DNA of 63,270 nucleotides, the filler included, from Asterionella formosa (taxonomy: Eukaryota): NCBI GenBank assembly GCA_002256025.1. It is 4 parts of 4 records of this genome, joined end to end, with 100 filler letters (N's around TTAATTAATTAA, not from the genome) between each part and the next. Parts side by side here need not be neighbours in the genome. Positions count along the whole stretch, not along the records: positions 20,681 to 41,245 come from NKIB01003301.1; 3 more parts are not named here. The stretch is one strand, 5' to 3'. Positions 22,811 to 36,829 of this stretch are shown piece by piece. The notes beneath the pieces are model-generated. The model was given only the letters and a program-made list of their open reading frames with translations. It was not told the origin of the DNA and made no database searches. Both the position numbers and the translations under genes were made by a program. The first letter of the stretch is position 1; each line of letters starts with the position of its first letter.

Positions 22811-25800
22811 TATTACAAACAAGAACGGACGCGTTAGGGCCGTGCAAAGAAGCAAGCCCCTAGTAATACAAATAAACTCGCATTCGAATCGAAGGAGTCG
22901 AAGCTGAGGCATTGAAATAGCGACAACGTGACTACCGGTATTAATTTCTAGCTTTTAGAGTTGAATCGAACAACCCAGAGTCAGCAGCTAAGACAAGGAA
23001 GACAAGAGCAACCACGCAAGGTTATCTTACTAAGTGAAATACCGTATACTTCATTGTGTTGGACCCCCCAATGTACACTGCCATGACTGAATTTGACTGA
23101 TTTTACTTAATGGAGGCCCAGGAAAATGAAGAGATTTCCCATATAATGGACCTAAGTAAATTTCTTTATTTCTACATGATACCGCACATTTTTCTAAGAT
23201 GTACTAATATGACAATTATTTTCGTGATGTGAAAAATCAGAGAGTTCTTCACGTTGCAAGAAAAATGCGACTTCATGTTGCTATTGGCGATCTCAATTTT
23301 CGTTGTCATTATTAGTGTTATTACTTTACTTTTACAATTGTATTTTCCATGTTGTTTTTAATACAGGCAGCAAGTAGCAAAGCGTCGTTCTCTTTTTTCG
23401 TGGAGATAAATTTGTATTTTCGTCATGGTCAAGGTTGCAACAACATGATAAAGGATTCTCCAGCTGCTCACAACCAGTACCTGTCTTCTCTTGTGTTTTG
23501 TATGTACAGAAAAAGCAAAACCATATCCAAATAATTAAATACTAATGCCTACGAGGACAAAAAGAATTATGGCACATTACTTTGTCTATGACAAGAAAAT
23601 TATTTGGTGTACAGGGTGGTCCAGGACAATAAAGTATGCAGTAGTAAGAGGGGCAAAGTGCTTGTTATTCTTTGGATAACAATTCAAAAAAGCAGTCTAA
23701 AAGCATCGCCAAGCCTTTTGCAATTTATAGTCTAAATCAAACCAAAACTAACAACATGAATCTAGCAAACACCTGAAAGATGTATTATAAAGATACTCTT
23801 GCAACCCGAATCCACCTTACGACCGAGTTTCACCACTTTGCAAACATGATCAATAGAGCAACCATGCCAGAAATCTGTCAAGCCGTACTCACAAACACTC
23901 CTTTCAGTATCCATGCAATGATTGGCACACTCAACCACAAATTCCACGTCTGTCACCAGCTCAGCAATCTCACCGGCAGCACCTGGGCACAATCAGATAC
24001 AGCATACATTGCCCTCCTTGGTCTTGGCTCGACTGCCCAGCCCATTGCCGTCAATGCCAAATAGGTCCAAGCCACTGTCACCACCACCATCCCTAATCAC
24101 AACGCATTGCACAATCACATAACCACCCCGAGCAATTGCACACCTTGCACTTGACCGGCACCCTGACCATGACTATCATGGATATCGCCCATTTGGTTCA
24201 AATCCCGCCTTCTCTATTCAACACAAACACGGCGGACCTCTCTGTCAACCCTGCCGAACATTTTTTCCCTTAATCGCCTTGTCACAAAAACATTTGCTGA
24301 GTAACAGGCAAACATAGACGCAAACAGCTTGATCGAAGATAGAAATGCGATTCGCACACAAGTGTATGCCTACTCGGAATACTTCCTCCATTTCTTGTAT
24401 ATGGCAGCATTGATTCCAAACAAGCTATCCTTACCAATCTCATATGCAACAACTAACGAGATTATGGAATGGAGTGCAACTCTGCACTGCACACACATGT
24501 CCCCTCACACACTCACACCAATGACAGACAGAACAGCTATTACCACTAAAATTGACTTGACTCAAGCACTTGATGACAGTATGGTGCAGGTGGCTGCAGC
24601 ACTTGTGAGTATGGCATCCAACCTCGCAAGGAACACAGACCGGCTCATGGAAGCGCGCTCCTCGAACAATCCCTCTTCATCTAGGTCTTGGGAGAAGGAA
24701 CCTAAGTTCCTTCAGGACCAAATCCTATCATGTCTCATGGCCACTCACGATGACGACATTGTCAATGACCCGATTTCACCCAACAACAACGCCAAATTGC
24801 ATTCGGCAATCCAATGATCTCGCCACTTCATCCCCGTGTTGCCGCATTGTTCTTTTAGCCGAAACGAAACCAAGAAGATCAATTGGATGACCATCAACGT
24901 CGCTACCAGCAACACGGCATGCGCAACAACGGCCAACACCAATCCGATCCACAATCACCCACCACAATAAGACCCTTTTCATTCGGGGACGGGCAGTCAC
25001 CAACTCCCGGGCCGATATCCTTTTCCGACTCCCCTTAGGCACATTCTATCGCGGCGCATTCCTGGCCTTGGTCCTTCGCAGAGCACCCAAAGTGAGCGGT
25101 TTGACAAACTGCTGCCGCTGGCAAATCTCCGGTTTATGCATAGACAATTGCGATAGGAAGAAGGCACACGTTCAGCTGACAGGAGATAACAAGAAAGCCT
25201 TCCTGACGTTTTTCAATGAGGCCATTTGCGCAGTCACCACCGAATTGACTAGGGCAAACCCGAGTAGCTGTAACGCTCCCTATAACAAAGCATTGATCAG
25301 ACTACTGCGGTTCCAAAACACCACTCGACGCTTGCGCCCCTCCAACCACCACATTGTCACTTACCATCATCACATCATCAGCAATTCGTCGACCGAACAT
25401 GGAAAATTTTTTTTCACATCCAGATCCAAATTTCTAAGTCATATACGGGCCCATACCAATCCTTCCTCATCTTAACGCCACGTCACTAAACCTGCCGCCA
25501 TTACAGACTGCTACACTACCACCGCGTCCACCGCCGCACCCGCCTGTAGTAGTATAACAAATACACACAGCACGACCGTCAGGCAACATCAAGAGTCTAA
25601 TGGGTAAGTCCACCTCGCTCATTTATCGTCCCTAACAGAGCAGCTGCCACACTCCTCGCCAACGACCACCTCCACGTAAGCACCACACTTCTACTTAAAG
25701 AAGTCGCATGCGGATGGCAACTACCCCTCTCACCAGAGAAAATTCGCCTCCTTCCACACGCTGTGGTAGCCCCGATGGGCATAGTGACGCAAGCTACGAT

Positions 25801-26516
25801 CAACAAGTATGGGGAAATGACACCCAAAGACCGATTGACACATTACCAATCATTCCAGTTCTCAAAAGGGACATCTGTGAACGCCTGCATGATATTCGAA
25901 AACCTGACACCCTGGCGATACGGCACAGCTCTCTGGCGATTCATTCACTACATTGTGGACCTACGTAAAATCGAGCCGGACACACGTATTCTAATTACTA
26001 AATTAGATTTTAAAGCCGCTAATCGGCGCTTACACACATCAGGCCATACGACCGCATCACAAGCAATAGTCATTATCAATGATATTGCCATCCTCGCCCT
26101 CTGTATGACATTCAGCTGAGCACCAAATCCAAGTATCTGGAGCGACGTCTCCAAATTAGCTTGCGACACGTGTAACATGATCTCGTGTTGCGCATTATGG
26201 GATCCGGAAATTACCCCAATGCTAGAATCTCCTCATCAACACAAATAAGTAAAGCCGCCACATTTATCTCGCCAGCACATCGGCATGCAAAACCGCACTT
26301 AACAGGACGGTCAAGCCCCATGCAGACCTAGCACCATTCACAGACTGCTACTTAGACGACTTGTTTACATGTTTCCTGGACCGACCTACACAAATTTGGA
26401 AGGGATCAAGGATCAGACTACTTATGTTACTACATCTATTGGGCCATCCTGTTTCCGACAGCAAACAACTCCAACGGGAAGACCTACTAGCATTCGATAA
26501 AGTGCTCACCGAAGAA
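22811..26516 (+). mobile_element. DIRS/Ngaro-like tyrosine-recombinase retrotransposon, 5' part (terminal region, gag-like ORF, RT), degenerate
   Basis: The 5' end is set by homology with the 44819-45396 copy (TATTAC...). The gag-like ORF ends in CCRWQISGLCIDNCDRKKAH. RT motifs: KLDFKAANRRLH, LCMTFS*APNPSIWSD and CYLDDLF. Many stops and frameshifts. Confidence 0.85.
23042..23641. mobile_element. Tc1/mariner (pogo-type) MITE, 600 bp, inserted in the DIRS-like element
   Basis: Imperfect TIRs CCGTATACTTCATTGTGTTGGACC and GGTCCAGGACAATAAAGTATGCAG, with TA on both sides. The homologous DIRS copy lacks it at about 45170. A second copy lies at 52990-53602. Confidence 0.88.
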
Positions 26517-28254
26517 TGTCTGCAAATAAAAACTATCATATTTCCATGATGCATCATAGGATTGTGATCATCTGATCATAATTTTTCGTTATATCATCTA
26601 ATAATTTTGATAAATGCCCTTGTAATGTAAAAAGTAACCCTTTTGACTACATATATTTAATTATTATATGTATTGTTTCTAGTAGATTCCTGTATTCGAA
26701 TTTCTTGGTAGGATAATGTACAAGCTGAAGTAATGTAATTTGGCTCATCATTTCCATCCGTCATCACTCTGATTATTGCAACAACAACGAAATACTAGCG
26801 ATCACAAGTGGAATGATTGTTTGCGATAATGACGTCTTCAATTGTTGGTCATGTGATCATTATATCTTTGAGAAATTGTCATGTGCAGTGAACCTTTGTT
26901 CATAATCATTCAATTAAGAGTTTACAGAGAAGAAATCATTCGAACTCATAATGGTTCTGCACACAGCGCACATTATGAATCCGTTTGTCGACCACCAGCA
27001 TTACAATCTCGCCAATCAACCCATAAACAAACACATTCTACTTGTTCTTGTTGACATTTTAAATTCTCACATGATACTACATCTACTATTGAGATTCAGC
27101 ATAGAAGGAGATACGAAAATGTGCGTAACAGACTACTGTCCACATAGCTATAGTTATAGAATGATTCTGATTACAATTTCTTTTTCATGTCGCTCACTCG
27201 TTTCTGCATTTCGCATGCTGTACTTGTACTTACTATTGAACTTGTCCGCATCTTTGATACCATCAAGGGAGCGAAAGCAAGAGGCTCTCTTGATTGTTTT
27301 TTTTGTAGGAAATATTTGATATCCGTATCGACATTTGCTTGTTGGAGCTGTCCGTTGCCTCAAACCTGCTTGGCGTGTGCGTACACACACTGCCGACTTG
27401 TTTTCATTGGTATGTTGTTCTTGTATTCACTGTTGAACTTGTCCGCATCTTTGTTACCATCAATAGAGCGACAAGTGGCCTGGCTCTCTTCATTGTTGTT
27501 TGCTCCTGGAAAAGTCGGTGTCCATGTCATCCTCATCAATAGAGGGACAAGTGTCCTTCATCATTGCGGTTTGCCACTGTAAAGATTGGTACCCATGGTA
27601 TCGTCATTCGCTCGTTGGAACCACTGTCCATTACCTAAAACCTGATTAGCGTGTGTGTATGTGCACTGTCGACTTGTTTACATTACAGGAGTGATTTAGC
27701 TACTAAAGTGCGTGTTATAATATCATACTCTGTAGTACGATGCAGAATACTGCAGTGATCATAGAACTATGATGATTTCTTAAAATGTTTATAATGTATT
27801 TTGAATCAAAATATGATCATGTTAAAATTATACAATGACAATAAAATACGATAAAATATGTACGCAAGTGTTATCGATACATCACAGAAAATAAATAAAT
27901 AAATAAATCATAATTATGTATCAAAGTAAACAGATGCATTGATATGTACATCACTATAATATGATTTGTGATATGGATTGATGAATATCACATACCGGTA
28001 TCCTCAACAACCAGCCATCACGTTCATTGTCGTGTCGTTTTTCCTTGTTATAGCTGTATTGATGCCGGCATGTGTATTGTGTAAACACTACGCTGGCAGA
28101 ACATGCATATTACACAGCTGTGCTCTGTTCAACAATTACTACACTCGGTTACCATCACACCAGCTGCACCTCCACAAGCGCCGCAAAAAGCTCCACGTTT
28201 CCATTCCACTATTTTACATCATAGTCTTCTGGCCCTTTGACAACTTTCCAAATG

Positions 28255-30459
28255 GCATTTCATGGATTTCATGCAAAGGATCAGTCAAACAAGAAACGTG
28301 ACTTGTTCTTACTTCCATTGTTTACACTACACGACTTTATGTTTTCGGAAAAGAAAATGAAGAAACTTATGAAATCAATCGAAGATTCCTTTGAATAGTC
28401 TCAAATAACAAATGAATTTGAACAGATTCATAATATTCCAGAAAAAATAACGAAGCAAGTATGCCGATACAAAAGTGGCAGAGATTGAAAAGAAGGCAAG
28501 ATGATTCCTTTCGAAGAGGCAAGGGAACCCAAACAGTTGTTCTTCGCTGATGAAGACTCTATTCCTACAGAGTCACAGTTCCATTCAGTGTCGTATTTTG
28601 CTCCTCATTCTCCTGAAATCGCTGATAATGAAGAAGAACTTAGTGATTCTCATTCAATTGATGAACAAATTCATGCGATGAATGAAATTACCGGCGGAAA
28701 TGTGGGAGACATCGCTCACTTCTGAAGTAGAAATGGTTGAAAAGTTGCAAAACCAAGAAATATGTCTCACTATTTGTCCAGAACATCAAGATGAACATCA
28801 TGAAAGTAGAGAAACTATAATTGCATTTCTAAAAGAAAAGATTTTCAAGAAAGACCTCGAATTCAAGAAGATCAATGCAGACAGAGATGTGATGCTGGCT
28901 AAGGCATTGATGCACTGAGTCGGGAACAAAGTTTGAGAAATAAAATTGAATCGTTTTCCAAATCATACATGAATGAAAAAGATTATGATTTATTTTTAAA
29001 ATTATCGAGACCAATCCCGAAGGCAGCTAGCTACTTTTGTGAAGAGTCAGCATGTGAATTGTATAGAGTTAATATGCCAAAGCAAACTGCATTTTCCTTG
29101 AGTTTGCCGAAAACTCATGGACAACTAAAATTGTGGAAAGATTTGTACACACATACCCCATAAGAAAAATGCAATTACGCCTCTGTATTTTATGGAGTCA
29201 AAGGTATCAAAAATCATCTTCAGATTTTAAAGATCTTGCATATTGGGACCTTGAAACAATTACCTCTATGATCCATTATATAATTCATGAACTTCATCCA
29301 AGTGATGTAAAGGTTATATATTTGATCTGGATGAGGACCCAGAAAAGGGTAATGACAAACTGTATATATATCATGACAGTAACTATGTGCTAATTGTTTA
29401 TTGCAAAAGATCAGATGAGGAGGAAAACAATCATTTTGTGCATTATCTTTTTGCTATAAATGATGAATTATGTCAAGTCTGTGATCCAGGAAAAGATGCA
29501 AGTTTGGATGAACATTATGATCAAGTATTTCACCTTGCCCGTAAGTACTGCATCATCCCTGGATGGTGCAGACAATTGGAATTGTTTTGCACCGATACAG
29601 GATATCTTCTACAAGAATACCATACACATGAAGAAATTGGTTTATCGGAATCTTTCTATACTGGCACCAAAGCACCATTGCAGATCATTCTGGCCATTGG
29701 ACATGATTCCATGTTATATCAACCAGAAGGTGATAGTGGATGGTCATGTGGACCATTTACAATTGTGAAAGTATTGGAAACTCTATTGCAACTAGAAAGG
29801 AATGGCAAAACCAAATTTCTTGGCAAACGGGCACATTTCCGTTTGGAGACGGAGTCCTGGAAAATTTTAAAACGTCAGGTGGAAGGACAGCAACTGATCG
29901 AACAGACGATCTGTTATCTGATACATCTGACCCACCAGCCAAGTCAACAAGTCAACATACTTTCATCATGGAACAGTTTGGCCTCAAGTGACAACGACAA
30001 ACATTCGCGAGGATATGTTTCAGTTGGAAAATTTTGAGCTCCTATTTAGATTTAAAAATGTTGAACGAAGTATTTGGACGACTTCCTTGCAATTCTTCTT
30101 TCAAGAACGATGATGTTGTCAAGGTGAAATCCATGATCCAACAAATGAATGAAAAAGTTGCTCCCTTCAGATGGTATAACCATCTACCTCTTGGCCAAAT
30201 TTCTGGATGCATCAAAATTGACAAAAAGTTGAAAAAATATATTGTAACTGATGATAGCCCTTCTGGAATCAAATTGAAAAAGTTTACAGACTCATATCGA
30301 ACTGCAGTTGAAAAGTGGAGAAGCAAAATTTCGGACAAAACGAGGAGGACCATCTTAGGTTCTTTGGGAGTGAAAAAAACAAATAATGGACCATTGGGAT
30401 CATCCAATCGCATCATTCCTCAGGACATTTTAGCTTTTGAAAACCTTCTAATAACTTAA
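28255..30459 (+). pseudogene. Transposon-borne Ulp1/C48-like cysteine protease gene (frameshifted)
   Basis: A coiled-coil N-terminal region is followed by NNHFVHYLFAINDELCQVCDPG (His and Asp 17 residues apart) and YQPEGDSGWSCGPF (Gln, Cys), in clan CE order. Homologous copy at 41346-42863. Confidence 0.6.
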
Positions 30460-30519
30460 CTGGTATGTGAAACTATATATGATCACTATTATTTTTATTA
30501 TTCTTGTGTATTTATCAAC

Positions 30520-33500
30520 GTTCACTTGTTAGTTTTTGGTCCCACCCAATCAATTACGTGGAGGCATGGCAACATAAAAAATATCTTTCCATATCTGTTC
30601 CAAAACTTCTTGCGGTTTCAGAGATTTCCTTGGCTTGATTCCTATGGTTCAAAGCAGGAACAACAAATGCTGCCGAAAGTATGTTATGAAATTCAACAAC
30701 GCTCAATTCAGTTGTATCATTGCATAAGGTGTCTCCTCTTGCAAAAAACATACGTTTATGAATTTTCATTTCATTTGAACTTTTCAAGGAACGAATACAC
30801 GCTAAGAGAATGTCTGTTGTGTTGGAGAAAATAACATTTCCCCAAAGAAGTAGTTTTGCAGGAATTGTGTAGGAACTTGATCCATCTCCCTTCTCCCAGT
30901 TCACTTGCACTTCGACTCAGTCAAACCATTCACGACCAGAGATTCCTGCACTTGAATCATTATTCCATTTCGGATGGCATCTGAGAATAGCAGTTTGGCC
31001 AGAAACGTTATTTTCAATTTTAACATGATTATAAAAGTCAATCCTTGCAATGGAAACAGCTCAAACCAACCCCATCTTAAAGACTTTTTATTCTTGCTAT
31101 TTCTATTGCTGAATTCGCAATGCTCTTTATGTAGTTGGCCCACTTTGGTAAATCAGGGTGAACCAATTGAGACAAGGGTGCATCCTTACTCCTTGATACA
31201 TGCCCAATATTATTAGCTAGGGACACCTGCTATAGTCCATAGACCATTTGATGATGAAGCAGAGAATTGAACTTTAACAGGAAGGGATGGTGAATGGATC
31301 TTGGTAGGCGATATTCCCAAATTATCAGGCGACATACTAGGCAACATCCTTGTATCCTGAATCATTCCCTCGAAATCAATTTCTGTTGAAATACCCTCAC
31401 TTACATTCATATGTACTACTTTACTTATCTTCTTTTGTTTGTTTTCTGCATGTATGCATCACTTGCAAAAACAATTTTATTTTTCGTGCCAAGGCAAACT
31501 GCCTTGTTTCATATGACCTTGTTAAAATGCATATCATGCTTTAATCGATGTAATTGTCCATTGACACGCTTACTGGGTCGTTTCATTTTGTCTTTCAAAA
31601 AAGACTCCAAATATCCACCAAAGAAATTAAGAGGAGATACGAACTTCCTAATCAGATGAGGGTAATGTGCGTTTCATTCCATGAAATTTTGCCATTCGTA
31701 AGCAAATTTGAGATATCATTTCCGGTTAGGGACCAATCATAATCTTAGTAACTGACATAAATCTCTTAACCCTTGTTTCCTCTAAAATATCAATACATGT
31801 TGATGTATACTGCGGTATTAATAAAGTGTCATTGATAGATACTATACATAACCATAACAGCAATGTGAAATCCTTTTCTAGGAGCATGTTCTCTGAACCC
31901 ATAGTTCCACCCATTGAAAAAATAGTTAACAGATATAATCCGGGAATTTCTTGTCCTGACATTTTTGACAAAGCTGTCATCCCAGATCTGTATGACAATT
32001 TTGGAATATCACGATCGCTTTGCCTTGCTTTCCAAACGACTATTGATATATCAAGCAGCCACTTTGTTCGAAGTATCGTTTCGAAAATACATTTCTGGTG
32101 CTGGTACAAGTGTTCTACCGGGTCTTGATTTTTGCCAGTGTAGAGTCGATATTTTTGGTAACTGGTGCGTGTGTCCGTTCTGGTATTTGCCCGTTTCTTC
32201 GCTTGCTCTTGATCAAGAAAAGCAGTGTCTGTTGTTTCAGTGATATGTTTCTGATCAGAGATGTTCTCTGGAATATCTGGAGTTTTAAAAACAGTGATAT
32301 GTTTCTGATCGGAGATGTTTTCTGGAATATCTGGAGATTTTCTTTCTTTAAAAATACATTTCCATTCTTCAGGGATAGTCCGATAATTGTACAATAATTC
32401 CAAAATGTACTTAAATATTCCAAGTAGTAATTGATGAAGAACCTCAAATGGAGTTGCACCAAATAATCCTTCTAAGTCACTACCAAAAAAACGATTTATT
32501 AGTGCAGGCATAATAGGATTATGCGATATATCATGGCACCACTCGTTTGCTGTTGCGTATTTGCCATTAGATTGGGAGACACAATACTCAGGTGGGATAC
32601 ATGGTAATTTTCCATCGGGATATGCATTTTTGTCAAGAAATTTGTTCAAAAACTTTTTAACATCAGACACTTTACGACGTTCACATCCAATATCGGGATT
32701 ATCAGCATCGTCAGTTGAAACCAGGCAATCACAAGAAACATGATATCGTCGATATAATCCATTACCACCCCTGAAACCACAGATTTTGTTGTGCTCTTCT
32801 GTATCACCAATGATCATTCCAATCTGGAAATAAACTTTTGTCATACCAAGACCATGACTTGTTTGGATCGCTCTTCGAAAGGCGACAATAGAAATCCTGT
32901 AACAGAATGGTATAATTTGAGTCTACATAAGGACAAGTTGTCACCAGATAAATTATAATTCATTTGTTTCTCCAGATTACTGACTTCAATGTATGGCAAA
33001 AGAGATAACAAATGCCATCCCTCAACTTTTTCCTTCATTCTAACGTTAAGTTTAACATTGTCAACAGAAATGGATGCTCGGAATGTTTCATTTGTTTATC
33101 AATAGGTGAACCATCACTGAAAACTGCTAGGGCAACAAATAAACACCCTGTCTTCAACACTCCATTTTATGATGCAGTAGAATTGTTGAATGCATTTTGT
33201 GGGTGATATACAAAATGTTGCATGATATCGGAATCACCTAAGAATCCTGCCATGAGCTGTACTGGTTCGAAATATGGAGTGTGCGTGGGATGATCATGTT
33301 TGAATTGTTATCAATCTGTATTTGTTTGGTCAACAGTTGACCATCAGCTAATGTTGGTGGAAATGAAATATCCATGCGTTTTTTCAAAGTCTGGTAGGAT
33401 GGAGCTTAATATCTTCCATCAAAATATTTCATTACTTTGGCTTTGAACAGCCATTTCATGAGATGATCAAAGTAAACTGGTGTTATGTTATTCTCGTTAA

Positions 33501-33990
33501 GGAATAACATGAGTTCTAATTCGATTGGATGCATGGTCAGGAAATGTTTACTTGGAAGTTGAAATTGAAGAGGAAGGGGCATTTCCATTGCATTTTCAGG
33601 GAGAAAGTTGGTGTGATCTTGGAAATCTGAATATTGTATGGTCTCTGAATTCAATCCTTGGAGAGCTTTTAGTCTCAATTGTTCGTCTTGCTGTGACTGA
33701 ATATTGTTATAAACTGAATCGTCGCTGTCGTCATGAAATGGATGATTGTGGCCACTTGATTCAAGGATAGGACACATAATCTCTTCTTGTTGTCTACTCT
33801 CCCTAAATACTACAGCAGTTACACTGCCATCATTAACTTCTTTCCTTGAATGATTCGGTGCACTACCGCAATACATAGTTTCATTATGTATTCCAAGAAC
33901 TCGATATTCTTGCATGCAATGTCGACAGTGACCATGTGCATAGAAGTAAAAATGGAGGTTTACCGCTACATACAGTACAGGCACCACTAC
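30520..33990 (-). pseudogene. Plavaka-type transposase (broken)
   Basis: Motifs VALAVFSDGSPID...HPFLLTMLNL...WHLLSLLP, MIIGDTEEHNKICG, CDC, GATPFEVLHQLLLGIFKY, RQSDRDIPK...SKMSGQE and HYPHLIRKFVSPLNFFGGYLES match the Plavaka/EnSpm D-D-H-E layout. Boundaries approximate. Confidence 0.8.
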
Positions 33991-34112
33991 TAGTAGTATA
34001 GAGCAACATCATTGTTTTCCTAACATCTATGATATGGTTTGTGTAGTATTGTAGAAGTCTAACACTAACTAGTATATTTATTATGTAACTACTAAGTTTG
34101 CATTGGATTCTA

Positions 34113-35054
34113 TTAGATCCATTCAAAATCAACGTCGTCATCAATGTCCAGTTGATTAATGCGTTCATTGTAATCAATATTCTTCTCAGGAACATTTGGT
34201 GGGTAGACTATATTTGTTGTGGAAGTTGCAATTCCACTAGGATTCCTTCCATATTCAGATCGATTCATTTGTGAAAGTCCAGTGTAGATTTCCTTATAAT
34301 AACCGAGTATATCATCAGTCCATTGATCAGTGAGACCATTTAAAAATGAACTTTCTTCCCTCGCACTTTTTTTGATTAGTGGTTTCCCACCAATGTCGAC
34401 AAAATCAGTAGAATGAAGAATATCTTTGCTTCTCTGAAATTTCCTGCACATCTGGATTAAACCCCAAATATTTTTTGTAGTCGGAATTTCCTTCCAGCAC
34501 CAAGAAGCAAAATGCTGAACCAACAAAACGTGATTGCAATTCACATTGTGCCCAAAGACTTAGTTGAAATTTGGTCACACCAGATTTTTCTCCAGTTAAA
34601 AATGGTTCTCCATGGCTTGTCCTGCCTATAAAGTACACTTATCCAGGAGTTATTAATGGTATCATCAACAGGACCGATTTTTCTTGTATCAACAACTGAA
34701 AAAGAAACGTCATCAGCCATCACTTTCAGTATCAATTATGGGATCCTTTGAACTAGTAGCTGATGGTGTCTCCATTGACGATGGAGTAGTACCCCCACTA
34801 ACTCCCTCTTGCCGATTGAGTTCCTTTGGATAATCGCCTATTCGCTTTTTCTTTGTTAACTCATTTTGGTACTTGCTTCTTTGTTCCATGATACCGGCAG
34901 TATTTTCCACATGTCGTTTGTTTCCATGAACCTCTTTATGGTCTTTTGAAGACATTGCTTGTACTACTAAATAACTGTTGTCGTTATCTTCCTTAAAGTT
35001 CGATGATCTTAAAATCAGGTGTTGCAAGCTACAATAAAATGAATCATCAGCCAC
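34113..35054 (-). pseudogene. Accessory ORF of the Plavaka-like element (frameshifted)
   Basis: Successive minus-strand ORFs upstream of the transposase. NGLTDQWTDDILGYYKEI is homologous to NGLTFCWNDETLKYYREL at about 38225-38280. Confidence 0.55.
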
Positions 35055-36829
35055 TATATATAATATTTTACGCTGTTTAGATATGATACCATAAAACCAA
35101 CAGTGCTATTTACATGATCATATACAAAATCAGAACCGAGTTTGAGTAATAGCATATCTTGTTTTCATTTATACAATTATACAATCCTAAAAATATGATG
35201 ATTTACTGTCCCGCTGCAGTAGCAACAGTCATGAACATATGGTGTTCTGATGCTTGCTTACTACCTGGTACTCGGACTACCTGGTACCCCCAGTATATCA
35301 CTTCCTACCTGCTACTGGTACTCTGTATATATATGATAAAATGTTATTGTTGTATTTACTGGTACACATGAAGAACTCCCGCCCAAAAAAGGGGCTTAAA
35401 CAATTTGCTACCAAAATCCTCGCGTATAAATAATGATACAAATGGGTTACGACTTAGTTCACCAATTGAATGGTCTAAATAATTAGTTCCAACGGATGTA
35501 GAAAATATTGATGCAAACAAATTTCAAAAAAACAGAACTGGTACACGAAGTTGTGGAAAAAAATGGACATATAGTGCATTGAATATTTTCGAATTATCTA
35601 TATGCGAATATGATCATCTCAACAATTCCAGACGTTCCATATTGAGAGTGCCTTTGATTATTATAAATGTACGACACTTGAAATATTTTATAACTATATA
35701 CATGGCAAATATATTTGAAATAGTTCTGTCATGTTAACAAAAAATGCCTGCTTCATGAAAAGAAATATCGGAGTAAAGCACATGACAAGAAAGGAAAAGT
35801 TTACGCAATAACGAAAAACATTGTGGCTTCGATACATTGCGCCTTCGAAGGTACTAGCACCAATGCAAAACAAAACAAAATTGGTAAGTGCTCTTGTCAT
35901 TGGACTTATTCACTTCTGATGGAACATAACTGATGGACACGCCGCTTTACCTTCTCTCAAAGTTAAGCTAACGAAAATGAATCGGTAAGTTTTATTTGGC
36001 AACATTGGAAACCTGAAACTTACTTATTCAAGAATTTACTGACAATTTGCTTACTATTACAGACTTATACGTCACTTGCTTTGATTTGGCTGTGGTAAGC
36101 GAAGCATGCAAGAGGATACGATGGAATGGCGTGATGTTGTGTCAGTGTAACATGACTAGCTAACAAGTCATTCCTTCTCATTGTTACTGTAACTGCATAG
36201 GAAAATAAAACCAATCAAACAATGGAATTGTCGGCAAGTTCAGAATGTAACAACAAGGAAAGAGACGCAACATTAGTAAGGCACTGCTTGGAACAAGATT
36301 CAGAAAAGAGGAAGAAAAGGGCAAGACAGGAACAATATACACTGAGCTGAGTAGAGAGAGAAACGTTGGGTTGCTGGCTTGTAGATTAATAGATAGCATT
36401 GCTAAATTTGATAGTTAAATTATGATCCATTTCAATCTATTTTGAACAATGCTTGTGATTAGAATTATGATCAGCCATGTTTAAGATAGATTTACGATGA
36501 AACAATTCACATGATAGCATAGAGTTGAGCTGATTTTAGGATGTGTTGTAGTAATAATTTACATTGGGCAATCACAAGAATTGAAAATAATATGAGAAGG
36601 TTTATGTTGTTGATGAGTAATGTTGTTGATCAGTTGATATACATTGTGTGATGATAATGTTCTTATTATCATTATACTTCAAGATTGGTAAATTATTAAT
36701 AAATCATCATAGTTACAGGATACCTTGATCATAGTTTCGATCCCAAATTATCATATATACAAAAATCCTATGCCACTTAGCATACAATACCCTTGATCCT
36801 ATATGCATGATACTTTTTATTTGCAGACG

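Larger units (their letters stand above)
26517..36829 (-). mobile_element. Full-length Plavaka/EnSpm-like DNA transposon (10.3 kb), degenerate
   Basis: TIRs TGTCTGCAAATAAAAACTATCAT and ATGATACTTTTTATTTGCAGACG, with AA on both flanks (26515-16, 36830-31). Removing the element restores the RT frame FDKVLTEE|GSPKESKIILGWEVNTR. Confidence 0.9.

Noticed and set aside
32225..32340. 54-bp tandem duplication (PDIPENISDQKHIT twice) inside the transposase
   Set aside because: Real, but a simple local duplication in a dead gene.
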